From Oscillospiraceae bacterium (GTDB lineage: Bacteria; Bacillota; Clostridia; Oscillospirales; Ruminococcaceae): DNA of 64,000 bases. The stretch lies in the NCBI GenBank assembly GCA_017518255.1, contig JAFWVK010000083.1, forward strand, positions 11,146 through 75,145, given 5' to 3'. The translations under genes were made by a program, and so were the position numbers. Below the pieces are notes generated by a model. The model was not told the DNA's origin. It did not search any database and was given only the letters and a program-made list of their open reading frames with translations. Below, piece by piece: positions 55,996 through 64,000 of the stretch. Each line of letters begins with the position of its first letter. Position 1 is the first letter of the stretch.

Positions 55996-56373
55996 ATGAC
56001 TACACAGGAAAAGCTTGAAAAAATCGTGAAGATTCTTGATCGGAAAAAAGCGACCGATATCAAGGTCATCGGCATTACCAACCTGACGATTATTGCGGAT
56101 TATTTCGTCATTGCAACCGGTACCAGCACCACACAGGTGAAGTCTCTGGCGGATGAAATTGATTTCCAGATGGGACAGCTCGGCATTGAGCCGCGCGGTG
56201 TCGAGGGCGTCCGTGCCGCAAACTGGATTGTGCTGGATTACGGTGATATTGTAGTGCATGTGTTCTATCCGCAGACCAGAGAGGAATATCAGCTGGAGCA
56301 TCTCTGGGCGGACGGCGAGCAGGTCGATATTTCGGATTTGCTGATTGACGGCAGAGAGGGTGCGGATGCATGA
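55996..56373 (+). CDS. rsfS: Ribosome silencing factor RsfS
   Basis: ADYFVIATGTSTTQV and WIVLDYGDIVVHVF motifs. Confidence 0.95.
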   Translation: MTTQEKLEKIVKILDRKKATDIKVIGITNLTIIADYFVIATGTSTTQVKSLADEIDFQMGQLGIEPRGVEGVRAANWIVLDYGDIVVHVFYPQTREEYQLEHLWADGEQVDISDLLIDGREGADA

Positions 56374-56741
56374 GTGATATGCAGAAGCCGGAGTTTGGCT
56401 TCCCCCGCAGTACCGGACAGCTCATCAGTGTCGGAATCGCGCTGTATATGATCGTGAAACCGGTCTTTAATTTTATCGTTCTGGGAGGCAGCATAAAGCC
56501 GCTTGCGTTCGGCATCGCTGCATTGATCTGCTTCTGGATCGGACTGAAATATTCTAATATGGCAGTTGCGGTTCTGCTGATGCTTGTCGCATGCACCAAC
56601 ATGCCGACAAATCTGAAGCTGATCGGCTTCAACTGCTTCCTGATCTATGCAATTGAGGGCGTGATCGACATGATCGCCGCCTGCGTGCTGGCCTTTCATT
56701 CAGAGGTCCGGAAGCATTTCGATTTCTTCTTTACTGCATAA
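56370..56741 (+). CDS. Small polytopic membrane protein, unknown function
   Basis: ATGA overlap with rsfS and four hydrophobic segments. Confidence 0.6.
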   Translation: MSDMQKPEFGFPRSTGQLISVGIALYMIVKPVFNFIVLGGSIKPLAFGIAALICFWIGLKYSNMAVAVLLMLVACTNMPTNLKLIGFNCFLIYAIEGVIDMIAACVLAFHSEVRKHFDFFFTA

Positions 56742-56806
56742 CCGCAGCACAGTCAGACGGTTATCACAGCTATGTAATCAATTCACGAAAGTGAGGTTTT
56801 TTCAAA

Positions 56807-59212
56807 ATGCAGGAGTATCGGTTCTCCGAGGTGGAGAAAAAATGGCAGACTTACTGGGAGGAGCATGAGACCTTCCGCGCCAAGAATGACTATACCAAGC
56901 CGAAGTTCTACGGGCTTGTAGAATTCCCGTATCCGTCCGGTCACGGTATGCATGTTGGTCACATCAAGGCGTATTCCGGTCTGGAGGTTGTCAGCAGAAA
57001 GCGCCGGATGCAGGGCTATAATGTTCTGTTCCCGATCGGCTTTGATGCCTACGGTCTGCCGACAGAAAACACCGCGATCAAAACCGGTGTGCATCCCAGA
57101 CAGGTGACTGACGAGAATATCAAAAAGTTCACCGGTCAGCTCAAGCGAGTCGGTTTCTCCTTTGACTGGTCCCGCGTTGTGGATACAACCGAGGAGGGCT
57201 ACTACAAGTGGACACAGTGGATTTTCCTGAAAATGTTCGAGCACGGGCTGGTGTTCCGTGATAAGACATCGGTGAACTACTGTCCGAGCTGTAAGGTCGT
57301 GCTCTCCAACGAGGACTCACAGGGCGGCAAGTGCGATGTCTGCCACAGCGATATCGTGCAGAAGACGAAGGAGGTCTGGTATCTCCGCATCACAGAATAT
57401 GCCGACAAGCTGCTGGAGGGACTGGAAACCGTCGATTATCTCCCGAATATTAAATTGCAGCAGCAGAACTGGATCGGCAAATCAACCGGTGCGTTCGTCA
57501 ATTTCAAAATCAAGGAACAGGATGAGCAGCTGCGCATCTATACAACCAGACCGGATACGCTTTACGGCGTAACATTCATGGTTATGGCGCCGGAGCATCC
57601 GATGATAGAAAAATACCGCGATTCGATTGCCAATATTGCGGAACTGGATGCCTACAAGGCAGAGTGTGCCAAGAAAACCGAATTTGAGCGAACCCAGCTT
57701 GTCAAGGACAAGACCGGCGTGAAGATTGACGGGCTGACTGCGGTCAATCCGCTGACCGGCAAGGAAATCCCGATTTATATTTCCGATTACGTCATGATGG
57801 GTTACGGTACCGGTGCGATTATGGCGGTTCCGGCGCATGATCAGAGAGACTATGAATTTGCAAAGAAATTCGGCATCGACATCATTGAGGTCATCAAGGG
57901 CGGCGATATCTCGAAGGAAGCCTATACCGGAGACGGCGAGATGGTCAATTCCGACGAGCTGAACGGCCTGACCAATAAGAAGGATTCGATTGCAAAGGTG
58001 CTGACTGTCCTGGAGAAAAAGGGCTGCGGCGAAGCAGGCGTACAGTATAAAATGAAGGACTGGGCATTCAACCGCCAGAGATACTGGGGCGAACCGATTC
58101 CGCTGGTACACTGCCCGTCCTGCGGTATTGTTGCTGTTCCCTATGAGGAGCTGCCGCTCAGACTGCCGCCGGTAGAGAATTTTGAGCCGGGTACAGACGG
58201 CGAATCGCCGCTCGCAAAGCTTGATTCCTTTGTGAACTGCTCCTGCCCCAAGTGCGGGGGTGCTGCAAAGCGCGAAACGGATACGATGCCGCAGTGGGCA
58301 GGCTCTTCGTGGTATTTCCTCCGCTACTGCGACCCGCACAACGACAAGTGCCTCGCGGATATGGATGCGCTGAAATACTGGCTGCCGGTTGACTGGTATA
58401 ACGGCGGCATGGAGCATGTCACACGTCACATGATTTATTCACGCTTCTGGCATAAGTTCCTCTACGATATCGGCGCAGTTCCGACACCGGAACCCTATGC
58501 AAAGCGTACCGCGCAGGGTCTGATTCTCGGACCGGACGGCGACAAAATGTCCAAGTCCAAGGGAAATGTCATCGACCCGAACGATGTCGTCGATCAGTAC
58601 GGCGCGGATGTCCTGCGCCTGTATGTCCTGTTCATGGGCGACTATGAGAAGGCGGCACCGTGGAGCGAGAACAGCGTAAAGGGCTGCAAGCGCTTCGTGG
58701 ACAGAGTCTGGGCAATGCAGGATATCGTCACGGACGGCGAAGGTTACCGTCCGGAAATGCAGTCAAAGATGCATAAGACCATCCGAAAGGTATCCGAGGA
58801 TATCGAGGGTCTGAAGTTCAATACGGCTATCGCCGCAATGATGACACTGCTCAATGATATCTATGCGGCCGGCAGCGTGACGAAGGCGGAGTACAGAACC
58901 CTGCTGATTCTGCTGAATCCGTTTGCGCCGCATGTGACCGAGGAACTGTTTGAAAAAATGGGCTTCGGCATTCTGAACGAGCAGCAGTGGGTTGACTACG
59001 ATCCGGCGCTGTGTGTGGATGAGCAGGTTGAGATTGTTGTGCAGATCTGCGGCAAAATCAAGGCAAAGCTGATGATCCCGCAGGGCGCGGATGAGCAGAC
59101 GGTTTCTGCTCTGGCGCTTGCCGATCCGAAGGTACAGGAGGCGCTTGACGGAAAAACAATCCGCAAGCAGATTTATGTACAAAATAAGCTGCTGAATTTT
59201 GTAGCAAATTAA
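56807..59212 (+). CDS. leuS: Leucine--tRNA ligase
   Basis: HIGH-type HGMHVGH, KMSKS (KMSKSKGN) and the CP1 editing domain. Confidence 0.98.
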   Translation: MQEYRFSEVEKKWQTYWEEHETFRAKNDYTKPKFYGLVEFPYPSGHGMHVGHIKAYSGLEVVSRKRRMQGYNVLFPIGFDAYGLPTENTAIKTGVHPRQVTDENIKKFTGQLKRVGFSFDWSRVVDTTEEGYYKWTQWIFLKMFEHGLVFRDKTSVNYCPSCKVVLSNEDSQGGKCDVCHSDIVQKTKEVWYLRITEYADKLLEGLETVDYLPNIKLQQQNWIGKSTGAFVNFKIKEQDEQLRIYTTRPDTLYGVTFMVMAPEHPMIEKYRDSIANIAELDAYKAECAKKTEFERTQLVKDKTGVKIDGLTAVNPLTGKEIPIYISDYVMMGYGTGAIMAVPAHDQRDYEFAKKFGIDIIEVIKGGDISKEAYTGDGEMVNSDELNGLTNKKDSIAKVLTVLEKKGCGEAGVQYKMKDWAFNRQRYWGEPIPLVHCPSCGIVAVPYEELPLRLPPVENFEPGTDGESPLAKLDSFVNCSCPKCGGAAKRETDTMPQWAGSSWYFLRYCDPHNDKCLADMDALKYWLPVDWYNGGMEHVTRHMIYSRFWHKFLYDIGAVPTPEPYAKRTAQGLILGPDGDKMSKSKGNVIDPNDVVDQYGADVLRLYVLFMGDYEKAAPWSENSVKGCKRFVDRVWAMQDIVTDGEGYRPEMQSKMHKTIRKVSEDIEGLKFNTAIAAMMTLLNDIYAAGSVTKAEYRTLLILLNPFAPHVTEELFEKMGFGILNEQQWVDYDPALCVDEQVEIVVQICGKIKAKLMIPQGADEQTVSALALADPKVQEALDGKTIRKQIYVQNKLLNFVAN

Positions 59213-59251
59213 CGAAAAACAAGCGGAATTAGTCTCTCACTCAAAATTCCC

Positions 59252-59280
59252 TTGACAAACTGTAACATTTATGCTACAAT
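59252..59280 (+). promoter_or_regulatory. Putative sigma-70 promoter (extended -10) of rpsU
   Basis: TTGACA, 17 nt spacer, TACAAT preceded by TGc. Confidence 0.65.
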
Positions 59281-59373
59281 ATACGTATGCTAATATTTGC
59301 TTATAAGGAGCGTCCGAATCGGGTGCATCTTTATAGATAGCCTCTGTCGTTGGACAAAGGGAGGGAAAAATTC

Positions 59374-59547
59374 GTGGCAGAAGTACGCGTTGGTAAGAAC
59401 GAGTCCTTGGATACTGCTTTGAAGCGTTTCAAGCGTTCTTGCGCAAAAGACGGCGTGATCGCTGAAGTTCGGAAGCGTGAGCATTATGAAAAGCCTTCCG
59501 TAAAGCGCAAGAAGAAGTCTGAAGCAGCACGTAAGCGCAAGTTCTGA
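59374..59547 (+). CDS. rpsU: 30S ribosomal protein S21
   Basis: GTG start after AAAGGGAGGG. (V)[27 protein letters not shown] is canonical S21. Confidence 0.93.
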   Translation: MAEVRVGKNESLDTALKRFKRSCAKDGVIAEVRKREHYEKPSVKRKKKSEAARKRKF

Positions 59548-59627
59548 TTGCATCGGGGGTCGTTCTGAGGCGTGCAGATCCGCACGCGAAAGCGCACTCG
59601 TCCCGTATGACAGGATGAATGAACAGA

Positions 59628-59662
59628 AACGGAGCATCACAGAAGTGATGCTCCGTTTTTTA
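59628..59662 (+). terminator. Intrinsic terminator after rpsU
   Basis: AACGGAGCATCAC / GTGATGCTCCGTT stem followed by TTTT. Confidence 0.85.
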
Positions 59663-59663
59663 C

Positions 59664-59692
59664 TTGACAACCAAACAGATATATGATAAAAT
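59664..59692 (+). promoter_or_regulatory. Putative sigma-70 promoter (extended -10) of the MATE gene
   Basis: TTGACA, 17 nt spacer, TAAAAT preceded by TGa. Confidence 0.55.
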
Positions 59693-59736
59693 GTCTTTCG
59701 GTAAAACGGAAAATCCCGAAAAGAGGCATAATATAG

Positions 59737-61089
59737 ATGAATAAGGATTTGACAGCCGGAAAGCCGGATTCGGTGCTGCGGCGGTTCTGTCTTCCGCTGT
59801 TCGGAAGCGTCATCTTTCAGCAGATGTATAATCTGGCGGACAGCTTTGTTGCGGGGCGGTATATCGGAGAGAAAGCGCTGGCAGCGGTCGGAAACAGCTA
59901 CGAAATTACATTGATTTTTCTTGCGTTTGCATTCGGCTGCAATATCGGCTGCTCGGTTACGGTTTCGCAGCTGTTCGGCGCAAAGCGGCTGCGCGATCTG
60001 AAAACGGCGGTGTCTACGGCAATGCTGACAACTGCTGCACTGTGTGCGGTTCTGATGACTGCCGGATTGCTTTTCTGCGGAAATCTTCTGCATCTGATTC
60101 GGACCCCTGCCGATATTTTTCCGGATTCGGAGCTCTATCTGCGCATCTACATTTGGAGTATTCCGTTCGTGTTTTTCTACAACATCGCGAACGGCATTTT
60201 TTCTGCACTCGGTGATTCCAAAACGCCGTTCTGGTTTCTGGCATGTTCGTCCGTTGCGAATATCGGAATGGATATCCTGTTCGTGAAAGTATTCCGGATG
60301 GGCGTGGCAGGTGTAGCATGGGCAACGCTGATTTGTCAGGGCATCAGCTGTGTGCTGGCGATGCTCTTTGTATTCCGCCGTCTCAAAAGTATCCGGACAG
60401 AAGGGAAAACGCCGGTCTTTTCCTTTCATTTACTGTGCAGAACCGCGTTCATTGCGGTACCGAGCATGATGCAGCAGAGCTTTATTTCTGTCGGCAATAT
60501 TGTGATACAGGGTGTCATCAACAGCTTCGGCTCCGGTGTGATTGCCGGCTATTCGGCAGGTGTGAAGCTGAATAATCTTGTGATTACGTCATTTACAACG
60601 CTGGCAAACGGCGTTTCCAATTTCACTGCGCAGAATTACGGCGCCGGAAAGCTGTACCGCATCAGGCAGGGACACCGTGCCGGACTGAAGCTGGTCTGGA
60701 TGCTGACGGTTCCGCTGACAGCGCTGTATCTGTTCTGTACGCGGTATCTGGTTGCGCTGTTTCTTGAAAATCCGACCGGTACTGCCCTGCACACGGGTGT
60801 AATGTTTCTGCGGATTGTTGCGCCGTTTTATATGATTGCGGCACTGAAACTTGTGACGGACGGCGTTTTGCGCGGCTCCGATATGATGAGCAAATTTATG
60901 GCAGCAACCTTTACCGATCTGATTCTGCGTGTTGTTCTGGCGAAGCTGCTGTCCGGTTATTTCGGTGCGACAGGCATCTGGATTGCATGGCCGATCGGCT
61001 GGACGGTCGCGACGGTTATGTCGCTGCTGTTTTATCATTTCGGTGCATGGCACGGTATCCGCAGCGGACGGGGAGACATTCTGCCATAA
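59737..61089 (+). CDS. MATE-family efflux transporter
   Basis: A 450-aa protein with 12 TM segments. N-terminus PLFGSVIFQQMYNLADSFVAGRYIGEKALAAVG is typical of MATE. Confidence 0.9.
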   Translation: MNKDLTAGKPDSVLRRFCLPLFGSVIFQQMYNLADSFVAGRYIGEKALAAVGNSYEITLIFLAFAFGCNIGCSVTVSQLFGAKRLRDLKTAVSTAMLTTAALCAVLMTAGLLFCGNLLHLIRTPADIFPDSELYLRIYIWSIPFVFFYNIANGIFSALGDSKTPFWFLACSSVANIGMDILFVKVFRMGVAGVAWATLICQGISCVLAMLFVFRRLKSIRTEGKTPVFSFHLLCRTAFIAVPSMMQQSFISVGNIVIQGVINSFGSGVIAGYSAGVKLNNLVITSFTTLANGVSNFTAQNYGAGKLYRIRQGHRAGLKLVWMLTVPLTALYLFCTRYLVALFLENPTGTALHTGVMFLRIVAPFYMIAALKLVTDGVLRGSDMMSKFMAATFTDLILRVVLAKLLSGYFGATGIWIAWPIGWTVATVMSLLFYHFGAWHGIRSGRGDILP

Positions 61090-61180
61090 AGAGTTCCGCA
61101 GGGGTGAATCGTTTTCCGGAGAAGGAGCGCTTTGCTTTTTCGGCAGACTGTGCAGATATCGCTTTCTTAAGATTCTTATA

Positions 61181-61210
61181 AAATGTGCGGAAACGGCACA
61201 TTTTCCTTTT
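61181..61210 (+). terminator. Putative terminator after the MATE gene
   Basis: AAATGTGC / GCACATTT stem followed by TCCTTTTG. Confidence 0.55.
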
Positions 61211-61217
61211 GCTCCCA

Positions 61218-61246
61218 TTGCGTTTTCCGTTCATATGTGGTATAAT
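61218..61246 (+). promoter_or_regulatory. Putative sigma-70 promoter (extended -10) of the GH25 gene
   Basis: TTGCGT, 17 nt spacer, TATAAT preceded by TGTGg. Confidence 0.6.
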
Positions 61247-61285
61247 AAATCGACATGAAAATGCAAATTCCGGCAGGAGGTTTCT

Positions 61286-62410
61286 ATGTTCGATGTAAAA
61301 TACTTGCTGAAAATCGGAGTCCCGGCAGTTGCCGGCGTTGTGACAGTTACCGTTTTCAGCGTGGCACTGTATCACCGGAATCAGACAATCCGGAATCTGA
61401 AAACACAGATGCAGGCGAGGGGGATTCCGGTCAGCCCCGCACCGGAGAAAATCTATGAACCGACAGAGGTCGATCATCACTATGACCGCCGCGGCTATAA
61501 AATCTATCTCTCGGATCAAACATTCGGACAGATCTGGCTGCCGGTTCTCTCGGATGTTCCGCTCTCGGCGCATCCGGTCGAAAATATGGTTCAGCAAAGC
61601 AACGGCAGAATGACTTCTTTCGATGAACACGGAAATCTGAATGCACTGACCGGCATTGACATTTCCGCGCACAATACCGTCACAGACTGGGCAGCCGTGA
61701 AAGCGGACGGCATTGACTTTGTGATGCTCCGTGCGGGATACCGCGGTTACGGCGTGGATACCGGCACACTGAAGGGCGATGATAAATTCCGCGAATACTA
61801 TAAAGGGGCGAAAAAAGCAGGCCTGCTGGTCGGCGCGTATTTCTTCTCGCAGGCGATTACGGAGGAAGAAGCCGTCGAGGAGGCAATTCTGACAGCGAAG
61901 CAGATTGAGGGCTGTGAACTGGATTTTCCGGTTGCTTATGACTGGGAGCTGATTTTCAGTGACAGCAAAGCGAGAACAGACAATGTTCCGGTCGAAACGC
62001 TGACAGACTGTGTGCTTGCCTACTGTCAGAATATGGAGTCCTTCGGCTATCAGACCGCAGTATACCAGAACAAGAGAACCTCTCTCTTTAAGCTTGACTT
62101 GCCGCGGATAAAGGATATTCCGTTCTGGCTTGCGGAATATGACGGAACGCCGACATATATCTATCAGTATGACATGTGGCAGTACAGTTGCAAAGGAACC
62201 GTCGCGGGCATCACCGGACAGGTTGACATGAACCTGAGCTTCCGCGATTTCTCGAAAGAGGGGGCGCCGGTTATTTCACTCCCTGCGCAGGAGGGAATGC
62301 TGCTGCCCGGCGAATCAGCCGCCGCGGTCTCCGGTACAGACGGTACCGGAACCGATACAACGCAGACCGCAACAGAGACAACTGCCGCCGCCCCGGACGG
62401 GACTTCCTGA
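61286..62410 (+). CDS. Membrane-anchored GH25 muramidase (lysozyme)
   Basis: N-terminal TM segment, GH25 pattern GIDISAHNTVTDWAAVKADGIDFVMLRAGYRGYG ... YFFSQA ... PVAYDWE, and a Thr/Gly-rich tail. Confidence 0.88.
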   Translation: MFDVKYLLKIGVPAVAGVVTVTVFSVALYHRNQTIRNLKTQMQARGIPVSPAPEKIYEPTEVDHHYDRRGYKIYLSDQTFGQIWLPVLSDVPLSAHPVENMVQQSNGRMTSFDEHGNLNALTGIDISAHNTVTDWAAVKADGIDFVMLRAGYRGYGVDTGTLKGDDKFREYYKGAKKAGLLVGAYFFSQAITEEEAVEEAILTAKQIEGCELDFPVAYDWELIFSDSKARTDNVPVETLTDCVLAYCQNMESFGYQTAVYQNKRTSLFKLDLPRIKDIPFWLAEYDGTPTYIYQYDMWQYSCKGTVAGITGQVDMNLSFRDFSKEGAPVISLPAQEGMLLPGESAAAVSGTDGTGTDTTQTATETTAAAPDGTS

Positions 62411-62465
62411 CGTACAAATCTCGGTTCAAGGCAATCAACACAAAAGCAATTTCATATGAATAAAT

Positions 62466-62498
62466 CCCCCGTGCCGGCTAGGTGCGGGGGTTCGTTTT
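62466..62498 (+). terminator. Putative terminator after the GH25 gene
   Basis: CCCCCGTGC / GGTGCGGGGG stem (with G-U pairs) followed by TTCGTTTT. Confidence 0.5.
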
Positions 62499-62558
62499 GC
62501 CGTATGCGCAGTATAATTCCGAAATACCGGAAATACTAAGCAAAAAGGAGATGTGCGG

Positions 62559-63419
62559 ATGAACCGGAAACTGCGGAAAGACATTGTGACAGGTGCAGCT
62601 GTTGCGGTTTCTGCGCTGCTGATTGCGGTCAACAAGAAAACCTTTGTCGATACCGGCGGACTGTATCCGGGCGGCATTGCGGGGCTTTCGGTGCTGCTGC
62701 AGCGCTTTTTCGGGAATGTGTTCCGTATTTCGCTGCCGTTTTCGCTTTTTAATCTGCTGCTGAATGCCGTGCCTGTTTATATCGGCTTCCGGTTTCTCGG
62801 CAGAAGGTTCACGCTGTTTTCCTGCCTTTTGGTCGTGCTGAACAGCGTGATAACCGATCTGATCCCGCAGCGGATTGTCACACAGGATATTCTGCTGCTC
62901 AGCGTGTTCGGCGGGATTGTGCAGGGCTTTGCAATCGCGCTCTGTCTCAATGCCGGAGCGACAACCGGCGGAACGGATTTTATTACGGTGTTTCTGTCCG
63001 AGAAGCGAGGCACGGATGCGTTCGGTCTGATGCTTGGCTTTGAGGTTCTGGTGCTGCTTGCGGCAGGGCTGCTTTTCGGCTGGGAGAAAGCGCTGTATTC
63101 CGTCATATTTCAGTATGCATCGACTGCGGTCGTTCGCCTGATGTACCGGAAATATCAGCAGAGTACGCTGCTGATTGTGACAACGGAACCCGCCGCTGTC
63201 TGTGATGTCATCAACCGGATCAGCTGCCACAGTGCGACTGTTTTCTGCGGGACCGGTGCATTCCGGCACGGGGAACGGAATCTGGTCTATTCGGTCGTAT
63301 CTGCGGCGGAGAGCGGCAAGGTGATACGCGGAATCCGCCTTGCAGATCCTTCTGCTTTTATCAATACGGTCAGGACGCAGAGAATCAGCGGACAGTTTTA
63401 TCTTCCGAAGGAACTTTGA
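62559..63419 (+). CDS. YitT-family membrane protein (DUF2179 C-terminal domain)
   Basis: ATG 8 nt after AAGGAG, five TM segments with the GGTTGGTDF-like motif (GATTGGTDF), and a soluble C-terminal domain. Confidence 0.85.
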   Translation: MNRKLRKDIVTGAAVAVSALLIAVNKKTFVDTGGLYPGGIAGLSVLLQRFFGNVFRISLPFSLFNLLLNAVPVYIGFRFLGRRFTLFSCLLVVLNSVITDLIPQRIVTQDILLLSVFGGIVQGFAIALCLNAGATTGGTDFITVFLSEKRGTDAFGLMLGFEVLVLLAAGLLFGWEKALYSVIFQYASTAVVRLMYRKYQQSTLLIVTTEPAAVCDVINRISCHSATVFCGTGAFRHGERNLVYSVVSAAESGKVIRGIRLADPSAFINTVRTQRISGQFYLPKEL

Positions 63420-63730
63420 ACGGAAAACGGATTCTTTGTTCGCCATGCGTTTTCTTTCGCAAATACGAAAATGCATATAAAATAATTTGATTCCGCACTT
63501 GACAATATCTGTAACTTGTATTATAACAAATTTACAGTTTTTTTATTTTTTTGCCGAAATTTTGTTTGAAACGCATAAAACGGAGCAAGGCCGCGTGCGG
63601 TTGTAATGACGGATTCTTTCCGCTTTTTCGTTAGGCAATGTCAATTAGAACATTTTTTTGCCCGTTTTTGACATAGTCGGCACTGTGGCTGAATTTGTGA
63701 CTATACTGAGAAGAGATAAAGGATAGGAAA

Positions 63731-64000
63731 ATGGATTTGCGGGGAAAGAATAACACGCGGCTGCTGATCTGCGATGATGACAATACTGTTTTGGAGAAGT
63801 TTCGGAAGATCGCTGAGGAAGAACCGGCATTTATCAGACCGGTTCGCTGTTTTCAGACCGTTTTTTCGCTGGAAACTTATCTGGCGGATACGGTTCGCGG
63901 AAATGCGGATGTAATCATTCTTTCCGCAGATTTTCCGGAACAAAAAGGGATCCGGACAGCATACCGTTTATGGCAGATGTATCCGCATTTGCTGATAATT
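63731..64000 (+). CDS. Response-regulator receiver domain protein, 3' end cut by window edge
   Basis: Not in the ORF track because there is no stop before the window end. ATG after AGGATAGGAAA. LLICDDDNTVLEKFRKI ... ADVIILSADF fits a REC domain (acidic pocket DDD, candidate phospho-acceptor Asp). Confidence 0.6.
   Translation, partial: MDLRGKNNTRLLICDDDNTVLEKFRKIAEEEPAFIRPVRCFQTVFSLETYLADTVRGNADVIILSADFPEQKGIRTAYRLWQMYPHLLII

Noticed and set aside
56742-56806. Possible T-box leader upstream of leuS
   Set aside because: Only about 65 nt separate the upstream stop from the leuS ATG, which is far too short for a T-box riboswitch. No specifier or T-box sequence is visible.
59290-60429. 379-aa minus-strand ORF overlapping rpsU, its promoter and terminator, and the MATE gene
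   Set aside because: It would run through a consensus promoter, a canonical S21 gene and a strong terminator. The product is R/C/Q-rich with no motif.
1-64000. Search for CRISPR arrays, tRNA/rRNA genes, transposases, integrases and prophage blocks
   Set aside because: I found no regularly spaced direct repeats and no cloverleaf-like segments in the intergenic regions. No ORF has DDE, tyrosine or serine recombinase motifs or phage structural signatures. This was a by-eye scan only. tRNAscan/Infernal and CRISPR finders should confirm it.

Overview
This looks like a chromosomal segment from a moderately GC-rich Clostridia genome. I infer an Oscillospiraceae/Ruminococcus-like cellulolytic organism from Firmicutes gene order (gdpP-rplI-dnaB, dprA-topA-trmFO, rnc...smc-ftsY, nadD-yqeK-rsfS...leuS, infC-rpmI-rplT) and two dockerin-bearing plant-cell-wall enzymes. 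I call about 56 protein genes, mostly housekeeping and tightly packed, with several ATGA/GTGA start-stop overlaps. I saw no rRNA, tRNA, CRISPR array, transposase or integrase. Many genes have near-consensus sigma-70 promoters (TTGACA-like, 17 nt spacer, TATAAT-like). The very long minus-strand ORFs in the track are codon-aligned antisense shadows of GC-rich, codon-biased genes and are not called. The accessory or unusual pockets are: (1) an AT-rich single gene (coiled coil plus T5orf172/GIY-YIG-like module) wedged between prmC and recA, my best candidate for an uncharacterised selfish or defence element. (2) A 250-bp hairpin-dense island bracketed by inverted copies of one GC-rich hairpin. (3) An AT-richer block holding a PNP-fold protein that seems to lack the phosphate-binding arginines, an unknown 163-aa protein, and an orphan 2-hydroxyacyl-CoA-dehydratase-like protein with no activase. 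(4) Two unknown exported proteins inserted between rnc and smc. (5) An FtsY whose acidic A-like region and basic amphipathic tip sit at the C terminus. (6) Two cellulosomal enzymes, CBM4-Ig-GH9-dockerin and PL10-X-dockerin. All coordinates of hairpins and promoters were indexed by hand (about +/-2 nt). No composition statistics or database searches were run.
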